48,066 bases of DNA from the NCBI GenBank assembly GCA_038208955.1, contig JBBQYF010000001.1, forward strand, positions 1-48,066, given 5' to 3'. The first letter of the stretch is position 1. Every line of letters starts with the position of its first letter. This document shows, piece by piece, positions 14,943-24,513 of the stretch. The notes below the pieces were generated by a model. That model did no database searches and was not told where the DNA came from. It saw only the letters and a list, made by a program, of their open reading frames with translations. Source of the DNA: Elusimicrobiota bacterium. GTDB lineage: Bacteria; Elusimicrobiota; Elusimicrobia; 2-01-FULL-59-12. Both the position numbers and the translations under genes were made by a program.

Positions 14943-16400
14943 TTAAAGGTTGGTGGCGTTCAGTTTCTTCTGCAAGAGCTGATTGACGATCTGCGGGTTG
15001 GCTTTGCCTTGGCTTTTTTTCATCACGAGGCCGACAATCGAGCCGACGGCGCGTTCTTTGCCGGCTTTAAATTCTTCCACGGCCTTGGGCATTTCGGCGA
15101 TGGCCTCGTCGCACCACTGACCGATCGACGTTTCGTCGCCGACTTGCAGGAGGCCTTTGGCTTGAACTATGGCGGCGGCGTCGCCGCCGGTGTCAAACAT
15201 CTCACCGAAGACGTCCTTAGCGGTTTTCCCGGAGATAGTGCCTTTTTGAATGAGCGTAATCAGCCCAGCCAATTGTTCGCCGGTGACGGGAGATTCGGCA
15301 ATCGATTTTTTCGTTGCGTTCAGCCGCGCCAGAAGCTCATTCGTAATCCAATTGGAAACAGGCTTGGCCGCTTCCGGTCCCGTTTGTTTGATCGCCGTTT
15401 CGAAATACGCCGCCAGCGATTGATCGCCCACGAGCACCCCCGCATCGTAATCGGAAAGTTTGTACTCGGTTACAAATCGCCGGCGTTTCTGATCGGGAAG
15501 TTCGGGCAAAGTTGCTTTTATGGACGTGACAAACGCATCCCCCAGGGCCAAGGGAACAAGGTCGGGCTCGGGGAAATAGCGGTAATCGTGGGCTTCCTCT
15601 TTCGAGCGCATCGTCTCCGTCACCCCGCGTCCCTCATCCCATAGCCGGGTTTCCTGCACGACGCGGCCCTGCGTATTCAACACCTCCATTTGCCGAAGGA
15701 TTTCATAATGCAACGCATCCTTGACGGCTTTAAAGGAGTTCAGATTCTTTACTTCGGCTTTTGTGCCCAGGACTTTGTGGCCCACGGGACGTAACGAGAT
15801 ATTGGCGTCGCAGCGCAGCGATCCCTTCTCCATATCGCAATCGGAAACCTCTAGGTACTCGAGAATCGCCTTGAGCTGGGTTAGATAGGCGTAGGCTTCT
15901 TCCGGAGTGCTGAGATCCGGTTCGGTCACGCACTCGGCCAGGGGAATGCCAGCGCGATTTAAATCGACGAGCGAATAGCTGAGCGCCCGGGCGCCGACCG
16001 CATGCACCAGTTTTCCGGCATCTTCTTCCATATGGATGCGGTGAATACGGATCCGTTTTGTGTTGCCTTTGCCGTCGACAATATCGATATGACCGTCAAT
16101 CGCCAGCGGCAGATCGAATTGCGAAATTTGATAGGCCTTTGGCAAGTCGGGATAAAAATACTGTTTTCTCGAAAATACGGAATGAGGGGAAATGCGACAT
16201 TGTACCCCTAGCCCGGCGCGCACGAGAAGTTGCACGGCTTTTTCATTGAGATAGGGCAGGACGCCGGGATGGCCGCAACAGATCGGACAAATTTGGGAGT
16301 TCGGTTCGGCGCCGAAGCCGGTCGAGCAGCGGCAAAACAATTTGGATTCTGTTTTGAGTTGCACGTGCACTTCCAGGCCGATGACGGGTTCGAAAGTCAT
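14943..16400 (-). CDS. gatB: Asp/Glu-tRNA amidotransferase subunit B
   Basis: 485 aa. VIGLEVHVQL, CRCSTGFGAEPN, CPICCGHPGVLP, and a C-terminal YqeY-like tail. Confidence 0.97.
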   Translation of the reverse strand: MTFEPVIGLEVHVQLKTESKLFCRCSTGFGAEPNSQICPICCGHPGVLPYLNEKAVQLLVRAGLGVQCRISPHSVFSRKQYFYPDLPKAYQISQFDLPLAIDGHIDIVDGKGNTKRIRIHRIHMEEDAGKLVHAVGARALSYSLVDLNRAGIPLAECVTEPDLSTPEEAYAYLTQLKAILEYLEVSDCDMEKGSLRCDANISLRPVGHKVLGTKAEVKNLNSFKAVKDALHYEILRQMEVLNTQGRVVQETRLWDEGRGVTETMRSKEEAHDYRYFPEPDLVPLALGDAFVTSIKATLPELPDQKRRRFVTEYKLSDYDAGVLVGDQSLAAYFETAIKQTGPEAAKPVSNWITNELLARLNATKKSIAESPVTGEQLAGLITLIQKGTISGKTAKDVFGEMFDTGGDAAAIVQAKGLLQVGDETSIGQWCDEAIAEMPKAVEEFKAGKERAVGSIVGLVMKKSQGKANPQIVNQLLQKKLNATNL

Positions 16401-16407
16401 AGCCCTC

Positions 16408-16896
16408 TTACTTTTTCGACTCCGGAAAAGGACCCAGGTCAGGGTGCGGCGGGGGCCCGCCGCCTTGGGCGTCGTGCGCCGAGGTCGTTTCTAAAAGCTT
16501 CGCCAAGAGTTTCTTGTCCGAGCGGTAGCGGGCGAGGCTGAGGGCTTCATTCAGGGTGACCCAGCGGGTGTCCAATATTTCTTCCGGATCAAACGTGCCG
16601 GTCTTTTTGATTGGCTTCATTAAAAACCAGTTGACCGTTTTGCGCGTTAAGGATTTCTCGCGTTTAAACCAATACTGCACGCGTTCAAAGGAGCTAATGA
16701 TTTCGCATTGGTACCCTGTTTCTTCTTCCACTTCGCGAACGGCCGCTAGCTCGGAAGTTTCACCTTTTTCGATGTGCCCTTTGGGAAACGTCCAGAGCGT
16801 CTGGCCCTCCAGGTTCTCCACTTTGACCATCAAAAATTTTGCGCCGTCCTGAACGATTCCGCCGGCGGAAAATTCGAATTTGGTTTTGGAAGCCAT
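16408..16896 (-). CDS. NUDIX hydrolase
   Basis: Nudix box GHIEKGETSELAAVREVEEETGY. TAATG overlap with gatA; the stop lies 7 nt before gatB. Confidence 0.88.
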   Translation of the reverse strand: MASKTKFEFSAGGIVQDGAKFLMVKVENLEGQTLWTFPKGHIEKGETSELAAVREVEEETGYQCEIISSFERVQYWFKREKSLTRKTVNWFLMKPIKKTGTFDPEEILDTRWVTLNEALSLARYRSDKKLLAKLLETTSAHDAQGGGPPPHPDLGPFPESKK

Positions 16897-18368
16897 TAGG
16901 CGGTTACCCGTGCGGTGGGAATTTGTTTGTTCCAGTCGTGCTGCGCCTCATAGGCGTGCGCGACCGAAAGCAGAGTGGCTTCGTCGAAAGGTTTGCCAAG
17001 CAGCTGGAGACCGATCGGCAACCGGTCCTTCGTAAATCCGCAAGGCATGCTCAGGCCCGGCAGGCCCGCCAAGTTGCAGGAGATCGTGAAGATATCGGAT
17101 AAATACATTTGTAGCGGATCGGAGACTTTTTCGCCGGGTTTGAACGCGGCCGTGGGCGTCGTGGGCGTGGCAATGATGTCGACGTCCTGAAACGCCTTGT
17201 CGAAATCTTCTTTGATTAGCGTGCGCACTTTCTGGGCTTTGGCATAATAGGCGTCGTAGTAACCCGAGGAGAGCGCGTAAGTCCCGAGCATGATACGCCG
17301 TTTTACCTCGGGCCCGAAGCCTTCGCCGCGGCTGCGTTCATAGAGGGCCATTAAGTTGCCGGACTCCCGCGCGCTGTAGCCATATCGCACGCCATCAAAG
17401 CGCGACAAGTTGGAACTCGCTTCCGACGGGGCCAATATGTAGTAGACGGCAAGACAATAATCCGTATGCGGCAACGAAATGTCTTTGACAACCGCTCCTA
17501 AAGATTCGAGCGCTTTGACCGCTTCGCGAACGGCCTTCTCGACTTCCGGATCCAGCCCGCCGATGAAATATTCCTTGGGAAGTCCGATGCGCAGACCTTT
17601 CAGGCTGCGGCCGAGCCCTGCCACGTAGTCTGGGACGTTCTCGGCGACGCTCGTTGAATCCTGATCGTCTTGACCGGCGATGACTTGCAAGAGGAGTGCC
17701 GCGTCCTTGGCGGTGGTCGAGAAGGGGCCGATTTGATCGAGCGAGGAAGCGAAAGCGACCAGCCCAAACCGGGAAACCCGTCCATACGTCGGCTTAAGTC
17801 CCAGCACGCCGCAGAGTGCCGCGGGCTGACGTATCGAGCCGCCGGTGTCGCTGCCGAGCGAGACCGGCGCCATGCGCGCGGCCACCGCCGCCGCACTGCC
17901 CCCCGAGGAGCCTCCCGGAATGCGCGAAAGGTCCCAGGGATTTTTAGTCGTATGAAACGCGGAATTCTCCGTCGACGATCCCATCGCGAATTCATCTAAA
18001 TTGGTATGACCAATAAAAATGGCGCCGGAATCGCGGAGCCGTTTGATCACCGTCGCATCGTACGTGCCGACATAGTTTTCAAGTATTTTGGATGAGCAGG
18101 TGCAATGCTCGCCGCGAATAAGCAAATTGTCTTTAATGGCGATCGGTACGCCGGCGAACCGTCCAGGATTTTCTCCCGCCGCAATTCGCTGGTCAATCGC
18201 CCGGGCTTGCTCGAGCGCATGATCGTCGAAGGTCTCATTGAAGGCGTGGATCTCGGGTTCGGACGAGCGAATTTTCTCGAGGCAAGCCATGGTCGCGGCT
18301 TCAGCGGTCATCTCGCCGCGCCGAACGTGGTCCGCCATGTCCGAGGCGGTGAACGAATTCGCTGTCAT
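16896..18368 (-). CDS. gatA: Glutamyl-tRNA(Gln) amidotransferase subunit A
   Basis: 490 aa. Amidase signature GGSSGGSAAAVA...GSDTGGSIRQPA. Confidence 0.97.
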   Translation of the reverse strand: MTANSFTASDMADHVRRGEMTAEAATMACLEKIRSSEPEIHAFNETFDDHALEQARAIDQRIAAGENPGRFAGVPIAIKDNLLIRGEHCTCSSKILENYVGTYDATVIKRLRDSGAIFIGHTNLDEFAMGSSTENSAFHTTKNPWDLSRIPGGSSGGSAAAVAARMAPVSLGSDTGGSIRQPAALCGVLGLKPTYGRVSRFGLVAFASSLDQIGPFSTTAKDAALLLQVIAGQDDQDSTSVAENVPDYVAGLGRSLKGLRIGLPKEYFIGGLDPEVEKAVREAVKALESLGAVVKDISLPHTDYCLAVYYILAPSEASSNLSRFDGVRYGYSARESGNLMALYERSRGEGFGPEVKRRIMLGTYALSSGYYDAYYAKAQKVRTLIKEDFDKAFQDVDIIATPTTPTAAFKPGEKVSDPLQMYLSDIFTISCNLAGLPGLSMPCGFTKDRLPIGLQLLGKPFDEATLLSVAHAYEAQHDWNKQIPTARVTA

Positions 18369-18658
18369 TCAATAACCTTTTTCACTTTGAAAAATGGACC
18401 CTCGCGTTCCGGCGCGTTCGCCAAAAGCTCGTCCGGTGTCGAGAGGCGGTTCGGTTCGGCCTTATCCTTCCGCCAGACGTTTGAAAGGGGCAAAACATGG
18501 AGCGTGGGAGCGACATTGTCGGTGTCAAGCTGTTTCAGTTTTTCAACGTAGCCGAGGATCGACTCCAGCTGCGCCCTGTAGAGCTCTTTTTCCTCCGCCG
18601 TCAAAGAAAGCCGCGCCAATCGCGCGACGTGTTCAACGTCCTTTTGGGTGATGGTCAT
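18365..18658 (-). CDS. gatC: Asp/Glu-tRNA amidotransferase subunit C
   Basis: 97 aa. VEHVARLARLSLTAEE is a typical GatC N-terminus. 4-nt overlap with gatA. Confidence 0.93.
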   Translation of the reverse strand: MTITQKDVEHVARLARLSLTAEEKELYRAQLESILGYVEKLKQLDTDNVAPTLHVLPLSNVWRKDKAEPNRLSTPDELLANAPEREGPFFKVKKVIE

Positions 18659-18707
18659 TGAACAATTTTAACAAATGGCATGGCGAGAACGTCGACCGTG
18701 GTGAAGT

Positions 18708-19496
18708 TTATAGATCGGACCCTTGTCGAATCGTCCAAAAATCGTCAGAAAGATTGCGGTTCTCAAGATACGCATAAGGCATCATAAAGTATCCGCTTAA
18801 TCCCCATGCCGGGCCCCAAGAATTACGCACGATAAATTTCTTCTTATTGTCGTCATAGCCGGCCGCCATCACGGCATGGCCGCCCAGGGTGCGTTCGGTC
18901 GGGCGCGGCATGGGAACGACACCGCTTTGCGCCACCTGGGAGGATTCAAAACTTTCATAGACGGTGAATCCGAAGACAAATGGAAAGCCGGCCGCCAAGC
19001 AGGCGCGCATGTCGTCCAAAGACAGGAGCCGTTGGTAGGAGGTAATCTTGTGCTTGCGAGCATCGGCATAACAAGCCGGGGCCGGTTTCAACGCAAAACG
19101 ATTAATAAGGTAAGGCCACTTTGCCTCCGTGCAGACACCGCTGGCCGCAAGCGTCTTAATCCCATCGCGCAACATTGCTCCGGAATCCACCTTCACGGTA
19201 TGCTCCACCACGCGCTCGTTGTAGTAAATGAATAACCGGCTCAGGTCTTGAAAAGGTCGTTGATCTTTATTTTCAAGAAATTCCAGCGCTCCCGCGAGCG
19301 CATTGGCGGTGCAACTGCCGAGTTGTCCCTGGTCTTCGACCGCCGAACATTGCCCGCGTAAATCGACGGACGTGGGTAGACCGGACGGTGCAGGGCGACT
19401 GACGCCGAATAGATGGTCGCGCGAATCAGGAATGTCTGGAAGCCAGCCATAGCCGGCAATTTGTCGGCCCGTTTTTGCAGAGCGGGGTCGCGTCAT
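18708..19496 (-). CDS. Papain-family (C1) cysteine peptidase, no signal peptide
   Basis: Catalytic Cys context QGQLGSCTANA, His in GGHAVMAAGY, Asn/Trp in VRNSWGPAWG. AGGAGA Shine-Dalgarno lies in the 18-nt gap after uvrD. Confidence 0.85.
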   Translation of the reverse strand: MTRPRSAKTGRQIAGYGWLPDIPDSRDHLFGVSRPAPSGLPTSVDLRGQCSAVEDQGQLGSCTANALAGALEFLENKDQRPFQDLSRLFIYYNERVVEHTVKVDSGAMLRDGIKTLAASGVCTEAKWPYLINRFALKPAPACYADARKHKITSYQRLLSLDDMRACLAAGFPFVFGFTVYESFESSQVAQSGVVPMPRPTERTLGGHAVMAAGYDDNKKKFIVRNSWGPAWGLSGYFMMPYAYLENRNLSDDFWTIRQGSDL

Positions 19497-19514
19497 GTTA
19501 TCTCCTGTTGGCGC

Positions 19515-21695
19515 TCAAGCTTTTTCGAGACCCGCATACTTTACCAGCAACTTTTTCCACTGGCCCGAATCAAAAAGCACCATGACTTTGAGGCTGTCTC
19601 CGGAACCGCTTTTTTCGATCACCTTGCCCATGCCGAACTCGCTATGGCGCACGCGCGTGCCGACGGCGAAGGCGAAGCCCGCGGTTTCTTCAACGGGTTC
19701 GTCGGAATGGTGCGGCCGCGGCGCATAGCCGGGAGCGCTGGAAGCCGCGGCGGAGACGGCACGCCGCGGACGTTCCGTGGCAATTCCAGCTTCTTCGATA
19801 AACCGGGAGGGAGCGTTCCAGCGCGAATGCCCAAAAAGCCGGCGCGAGGCGGACCAGGTGAGGTACAGAAATTTCTTCGCGCGGGTCATCCCGACATAAC
19901 AGAGCCGGCGTTCTTCTTCGAGGTCCTCCTGAGAAAAATCGGACTCGCCGATTGGGAAAAGGCCTTCTTCCATGCCGGTTAAAAAGACGGCGGGAAATTC
20001 GAGCCCCTTGGCCAGGTGAACCGTCATTAAGGTGACGTAATTCGGTCCGGATTCGATGTCGTCGGAATCGGCCACCAGCGACACCTGTTCGAGAAAACCG
20101 GAGGTGCTGTGATCCTCAGAACGCTCCTCGTATTCAAAGACGGCGTTGACGAACTCTTTAATGTTCTGGGCACGCGTCTGCGATTCCGGGTCATCGTCGG
20201 ACTCGAGCCCCCGGAGGTAACCCGTTGCTTCGAGAATTTGGGCAGTCATCTCGGATGCCTTGGCCTGTTCGCGTTTCGCAATAAAGGTCGATAAAAGCGT
20301 GTGAAACTCGAGCGCGGCATTGCGCGCACGGGTGGTGATGTCCGTGATCTCCGCGGCGCGCCCCAGGGCGTCAAACAGCAGAAGATTGCGATCACGTCCG
20401 AACTTGAGAATCGTATCGAGCGTCGTTTTCCCCAAGCCGCGTGTAGGGATGTTGAAAATACGTTTCAGCGAAAGCTCGTCGGCTGGATTGACGATCACGC
20501 GCAAGTACGCGATGACGTTCTTGACTTCGGCGCGGTCATAGAACCGCACGGAGCCAATAATTTTATAGGGAACCTCAAGGCGGCGAAGCGCGTCTTCCAG
20601 CACCCGCGACTGAGCGTTGATTCGATAAAACACGGCAAAGTCGGCGTAACGGAAATCTTCATTGCGTACTTTCTGGTGAATGGCGCTGGCCACGGCTAGC
20701 GCTTCTTCGCGCTCGTCGGCAAACTCGTCGGCCGTCACGGGATCGCCCCCGGTCTTCTCCGTCCAGAGTTTTTTATCCTTGCGGAATTGATTGCGCTGTA
20801 CGACATTCCAGGCGGCGTCCAGGATCAAACGGGTCGAGCGGTAATTCTGTTCAAGCTTAATGACTTTGGCTTCGGGGTATTCTTTTTCAAACTCCAGAAT
20901 GTTGCGGATGTCCGCGCCGCGCCAGACGTAGACGCATTGGTCGTCGTCGCCGACGACGCAGAGATTACGGTATTTGGCGGCCAACGTTTTTGTCAGCACA
21001 TATTGGGCGCGGTTCGTGTCTTGATACTCGTCGACCAAAATGTAGCGGAATCGTTCCTGGTATTTGTCGCGCACGTCGGCATGGTCGCGGAGAATTTCCA
21101 CGCTCTTCATGATCAAGTCGCCGAAGTCGAGCGCGTTCGAGGCCGTCAGTTTCTTTTGGTAGAGGTGATAAACGCTGGCCACCATTTGGCGAAAGGGATC
21201 GGGCGAGGCTAGGGCGTGAATTTGATAGGACGCCGAGTCGATCAGCTCGTCTTTCGAGCGGGAAATGAGTGAGACGAGAACGCCGGGTTTGAACTTCTTG
21301 TCATCCAAGCTGAGTTCCGTCAAACAATCTTTGACCAGTTCCTTTTGGTCATGGGCATCATAAATGACAAAGTGCGCCGAAAGATTTATCGACTTGCCTT
21401 CCCGTCGGAGAAATTGCGCGCAGAAACGGTGGTAGGTGGACAGCACGGCACCCCGGCCGCGCCCGCCCGTCATGTCATCGAGACGCTTTTGCATTTCCTC
21501 CGAAGCTTTGTTGGTAAAAGTGACGGCGAGAATATGCCAAGGGGCTACGCCTTGCTCAATCATGTGGGCGATGCGCGTCGTGATCACGCGCGTCTTGCCG
21601 CTGCCCGCCCCGGCCAGCACGAGCACCGGCCCCTCGGTGTGAAGCACGGCTTCCTGTTGAGGAGCATTTAAGTGGGCAAACAAAGTTGTGTTCAT
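19515..21695 (-). CDS. uvrD: ATP-dependent DNA helicase UvrD/PcrA
   Basis: 726 aa. Walker A AGAGSGKT, DEYQDTN, QNYRS, VHLAKGLEF, YVGMTRA, and a C-terminal Tudor-like tail. Confidence 0.95.
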   Translation of the reverse strand: MNTTLFAHLNAPQQEAVLHTEGPVLVLAGAGSGKTRVITTRIAHMIEQGVAPWHILAVTFTNKASEEMQKRLDDMTGGRGRGAVLSTYHRFCAQFLRREGKSINLSAHFVIYDAHDQKELVKDCLTELSLDDKKFKPGVLVSLISRSKDELIDSASYQIHALASPDPFRQMVASVYHLYQKKLTASNALDFGDLIMKSVEILRDHADVRDKYQERFRYILVDEYQDTNRAQYVLTKTLAAKYRNLCVVGDDDQCVYVWRGADIRNILEFEKEYPEAKVIKLEQNYRSTRLILDAAWNVVQRNQFRKDKKLWTEKTGGDPVTADEFADEREEALAVASAIHQKVRNEDFRYADFAVFYRINAQSRVLEDALRRLEVPYKIIGSVRFYDRAEVKNVIAYLRVIVNPADELSLKRIFNIPTRGLGKTTLDTILKFGRDRNLLLFDALGRAAEITDITTRARNAALEFHTLLSTFIAKREQAKASEMTAQILEATGYLRGLESDDDPESQTRAQNIKEFVNAVFEYEERSEDHSTSGFLEQVSLVADSDDIESGPNYVTLMTVHLAKGLEFPAVFLTGMEEGLFPIGESDFSQEDLEEERRLCYVGMTRAKKFLYLTWSASRRLFGHSRWNAPSRFIEEAGIATERPRRAVSAAASSAPGYAPRPHHSDEPVEETAGFAFAVGTRVRHSEFGMGKVIEKSGSGDSLKVMVLFDSGQWKKLLVKYAGLEKA

Positions 21696-22702
21696 AAAAA
21701 CTGCACCTGGTTCATGATATCACGATAGTCATTTGTTCGTTTATTGAAGAGCGGTCCGTCTCCTTCGATGTTAAAGAGCCAGCGACCGCGCGAGCTGGCC
21801 ACCCACAAATCCTGGCCCTTGACGAAACGCGCCCCGCGCTTGCCATCGTAGGCCAGCGCATAGGCCGGCAAACCGTGAAAAGGTTCGTCGGATTCATGGA
21901 GAATGCGAAAGCCCTCGGAGACGAGGGCATGGCGGTCCATCGCGCGCTCCTCCTCCGTCAGTGCTGTGGCGCCGGTTAAAGCGGTGTCGACCGTGGCGGT
22001 CACTTCCGTGTGCTGGTCTGCTTGGACGAGCGTGGCGCCCATGTGTTGATCATCGGCAATGCCAATCAGCCAGTCCCCGGGGATCGCTACGCGCGCTCCG
22101 CCGGCGACGTGCACCCAGATTCCCCCGTGCGCAGGCTCTAGCAGCGCTCCGCCCGTCGTGCGGGCTAAGATTTGAAGAGACCCCACCCAGTTTTCGAAAT
22201 CGGCAATCAGGTCCGCATAGCGGTCCGCAGGGGCGCGCATCGTCAGCGTGTAAATGCGGTGCCGGAAAAAGAAGTAAACGGACGCGTATTCGTAGGTTCG
22301 ATCTTCCTCGGGATTTTCCCAGGTCAGTTCATAGCCGGCATGGCCGCCGATGGACCGGTCGTGTCGTGATAAAACTTTACCTTGGGGGGCGCGTGCGGTG
22401 AGATCGGCGTCGACGGCTTTATGCAACGCTTCCGGCGGAAGATCGCCGGTGAGGTGGTGGGGGTCGATGGGGTCGGAGAGGACGCATGTCATCAAGGCCT
22501 GGGCGCCGCCCGCCTCGTTTCGACTGAACATCGGCCCCGCCGGAAATGCTGTATTTAAGTCCCAACGATCGGGCAATGTGACGCTGACGTTGGCGTCGGC
22601 GTAAAAAAGCCGAGCCGGGGCGGGGTTTGTCGCCCAAGCGGGAATCGTCGTGCCGACGGCCAGCGCCGCTACCAGGATTACCCGTTTTCTCTGAGGCGGC
22701 AT
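21692..22702 (-). CDS. Secreted hypothetical protein with two similar halves
   Basis: Signal peptide VILVAALAVGTTIPAWA. Both halves open with V(T/A)(L/I)P(D/G)xW. ATGA overlap with uvrD; the start lies 2 nt after the methyltransferase stop. Confidence 0.6.
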   Translation of the reverse strand: MPPQRKRVILVAALAVGTTIPAWATNPAPARLFYADANVSVTLPDRWDLNTAFPAGPMFSRNEAGGAQALMTCVLSDPIDPHHLTGDLPPEALHKAVDADLTARAPQGKVLSRHDRSIGGHAGYELTWENPEEDRTYEYASVYFFFRHRIYTLTMRAPADRYADLIADFENWVGSLQILARTTGGALLEPAHGGIWVHVAGGARVAIPGDWLIGIADDQHMGATLVQADQHTEVTATVDTALTGATALTEEERAMDRHALVSEGFRILHESDEPFHGLPAYALAYDGKRGARFVKGQDLWVASSRGRWLFNIEGDGPLFNKRTNDYRDIMNQVQFL

Positions 22703-22704
22703 CT

Positions 22705-23904
22705 CTAGCGATGCTCCAAAAGCGCGACGGTCTCGACGTGGGGTGTGTGCGGAAACAAATCGACCAGCTGCACGCTTTGGATATGGTAAAGCGGCGACAA
22801 ACTTTGCAGATCGCGAGCGAGCGACGCCGGATTACAAGACACATAGGCTAAACGCGGAGGATTCATTTCAACGAGCGCCGCCAAAGCCTTGGGGTGAAGT
22901 CCCGGACGCGGCGGATCAACAATCACGGCGGAAAGTTGGACCGCAAATTTGGAGGCCGGCAGCTTCATCATGAAGTCGAGGACGTCCCCCGTAACGAACT
23001 CGGTGTTGGTCAGAGAATTCTTGGCGGCATTAAACCGCGCGTCTTCGATCGCTTCGCGGTTCGAATCGATTCCAATCACACGGTCAAACCCTGGAGCGAT
23101 CGACAGCGTGATTCCGCCGGAACCACAATAGAGGTCGAGCAACGCTCCCCCGCCGATCGTTTCGGCCCAGGCGGACAAGAGGCCGTAGAGTTTTTCCGTG
23201 CCACGCGTATTGGTTTGAAAAAAAGAATAAGGTGATAGGCGGTAACGGAGCGAGCCCAGATGTTCCTCAATCGTGCCGTCCCCCCAAAGCAGCCGCATGT
23301 CCGTTGCGCGCGCGACGTCGCCATGCGCGTCGGTCAACCCGAGCCAGGCCGTCGTCAACAGGGGGGCCAGCAAATCCGGCAATTCCGCCAAGGCCGCGGC
23401 CTGCTCGATGGCGAGCGAGGGCGTCGCGAGAATAACCGCCATGCGCTCATTGGTGTTCTTACCTTCCCGCAGCACGAGATAGCGCATTTGCCCGCGGTGT
23501 GAGCGGCGGTCGTATCCGACGAGGCCGTGTCGCCGCGCCCACCCACGCATTCGCTCGAGAACTTCGAAGCTCCCCTCGGACATTAGGAAACAACTATGCA
23601 AGTCGACGATGCGGTCGAAGCGGCCGGGTTGGCGCAGACCTAACACAATGCCCGAAGGTTGCCCATCAAAAGCCGCGGGTGCAAAAGCGTATTCCATTTT
23701 ATTGCGGTAATGCCAGATTTCAGGAGAGGGTATCATCACTCGCCATTCCCGGACATCGAACGGGCTCAAGAGCGAACGCACCAGGGTTTCTTTTGCTTCG
23801 AGCTCGACGGGATAGGGCAAGGGACGCGGCGGATCGGCGGTAACGCTGCATCCACCACAGACCCCAAAATGCAGGCAAACGCGCTCGAGCTCTTGAACGG
23901 GCAT
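22705..23904 (-). CDS. RumA/TrmA-family RNA (uracil-C5)-methyltransferase with a 4Fe-4S motif, no TRAM domain
   Basis: CLHFGVCGGC (Cx5Cx2C) plus a later HSCF. SAM motif LLDLYCGSGGITL. DPPRPG. Catalytic region YVSCNP. Confidence 0.88.
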   Translation of the reverse strand: MPVQELERVCLHFGVCGGCSVTADPPRPLPYPVELEAKETLVRSLLSPFDVREWRVMIPSPEIWHYRNKMEYAFAPAAFDGQPSGIVLGLRQPGRFDRIVDLHSCFLMSEGSFEVLERMRGWARRHGLVGYDRRSHRGQMRYLVLREGKNTNERMAVILATPSLAIEQAAALAELPDLLAPLLTTAWLGLTDAHGDVARATDMRLLWGDGTIEEHLGSLRYRLSPYSFFQTNTRGTEKLYGLLSAWAETIGGGALLDLYCGSGGITLSIAPGFDRVIGIDSNREAIEDARFNAAKNSLTNTEFVTGDVLDFMMKLPASKFAVQLSAVIVDPPRPGLHPKALAALVEMNPPRLAYVSCNPASLARDLQSLSPLYHIQSVQLVDLFPHTPHVETVALLEHR

Positions 23905-24072
23905 GCGCGTATTATAGCGGAAGGGAAAGGGAAGGCTCCGCGCACGAGGCTGATGCCCATGGAAATTTGTTTGTGTTTTTTCTTTTCGTTTGGCGAGACT
24001 CCGGCTTGCAGAAAGTTGAACATAGATATGTCCGGCGGCAAATAAAAGAGTTAAAATTTTTCACGTCGTCGA

Positions 24073-24513
24073 TTGGCTTTGGGGGACTGTGTGAATTGGA
24101 AAAAGATTTGGTCTGGATCATTGCTTGCCGGCCTGGTCGTCGCCGGGGTTAATTTCGGGGTAAACACTTTTATTTTGGGGTCTACTTGGCAGGCCATGCG
24201 GCAAGCCGGACTATTAAAAACGACGCCCCCGTTGGCCTTTGCGGCTATGGCCGGCGTGGATTTGGGAACGGGATTTCTATTAATGTGGCTGTATGCGCTC
24301 GTTCGCTCGAGACTCGGGCCGGGGCCATCGACGGCGCTCCTGATGGGAACGGCGGCATGGTTTTTGCTTTGGGTGCCGCGCGCCCTCACTCTGTGGCTTT
24401 GGCAACCGCTGCCGGCGCATGTGCCGCTGATTCTTTTGGCGACGGGCTTGCTGCAATGCTGGGCCGGAATGTACGTTGCGGGTTGGCAATATATTGAGAA
24501 AGCGCCTTCTTAA
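24073..24513 (+). CDS. Hypothetical integral membrane protein (about 4 TM)
   Basis: Hydrophobic segments throughout. The start is uncertain (TTG 24073 or GTG 24091). No family recognised. Confidence 0.5.
   Translation: MALGDCVNWKKIWSGSLLAGLVVAGVNFGVNTFILGSTWQAMRQAGLLKTTPPLAFAAMAGVDLGTGFLLMWLYALVRSRLGPGPSTALLMGTAAWFLLWVPRALTLWLWQPLPAHVPLILLATGLLQCWAGMYVAGWQYIEKAPS

Noticed and set aside
14907-15644. 245-aa plus-strand ORF.
   Set aside because: It is antisense to the unmistakable gatB, and its translation is a low-complexity shadow frame.
19515-21695. UvrD-like helicase considered as part of a defence system with the neighbouring peptidase.
   Set aside because: Its length, complete motif set and C-terminal Tudor-like tail fit housekeeping UvrD/PcrA. 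No nuclease or other defence-type fusion is present. I kept only the operon-coupling observation.
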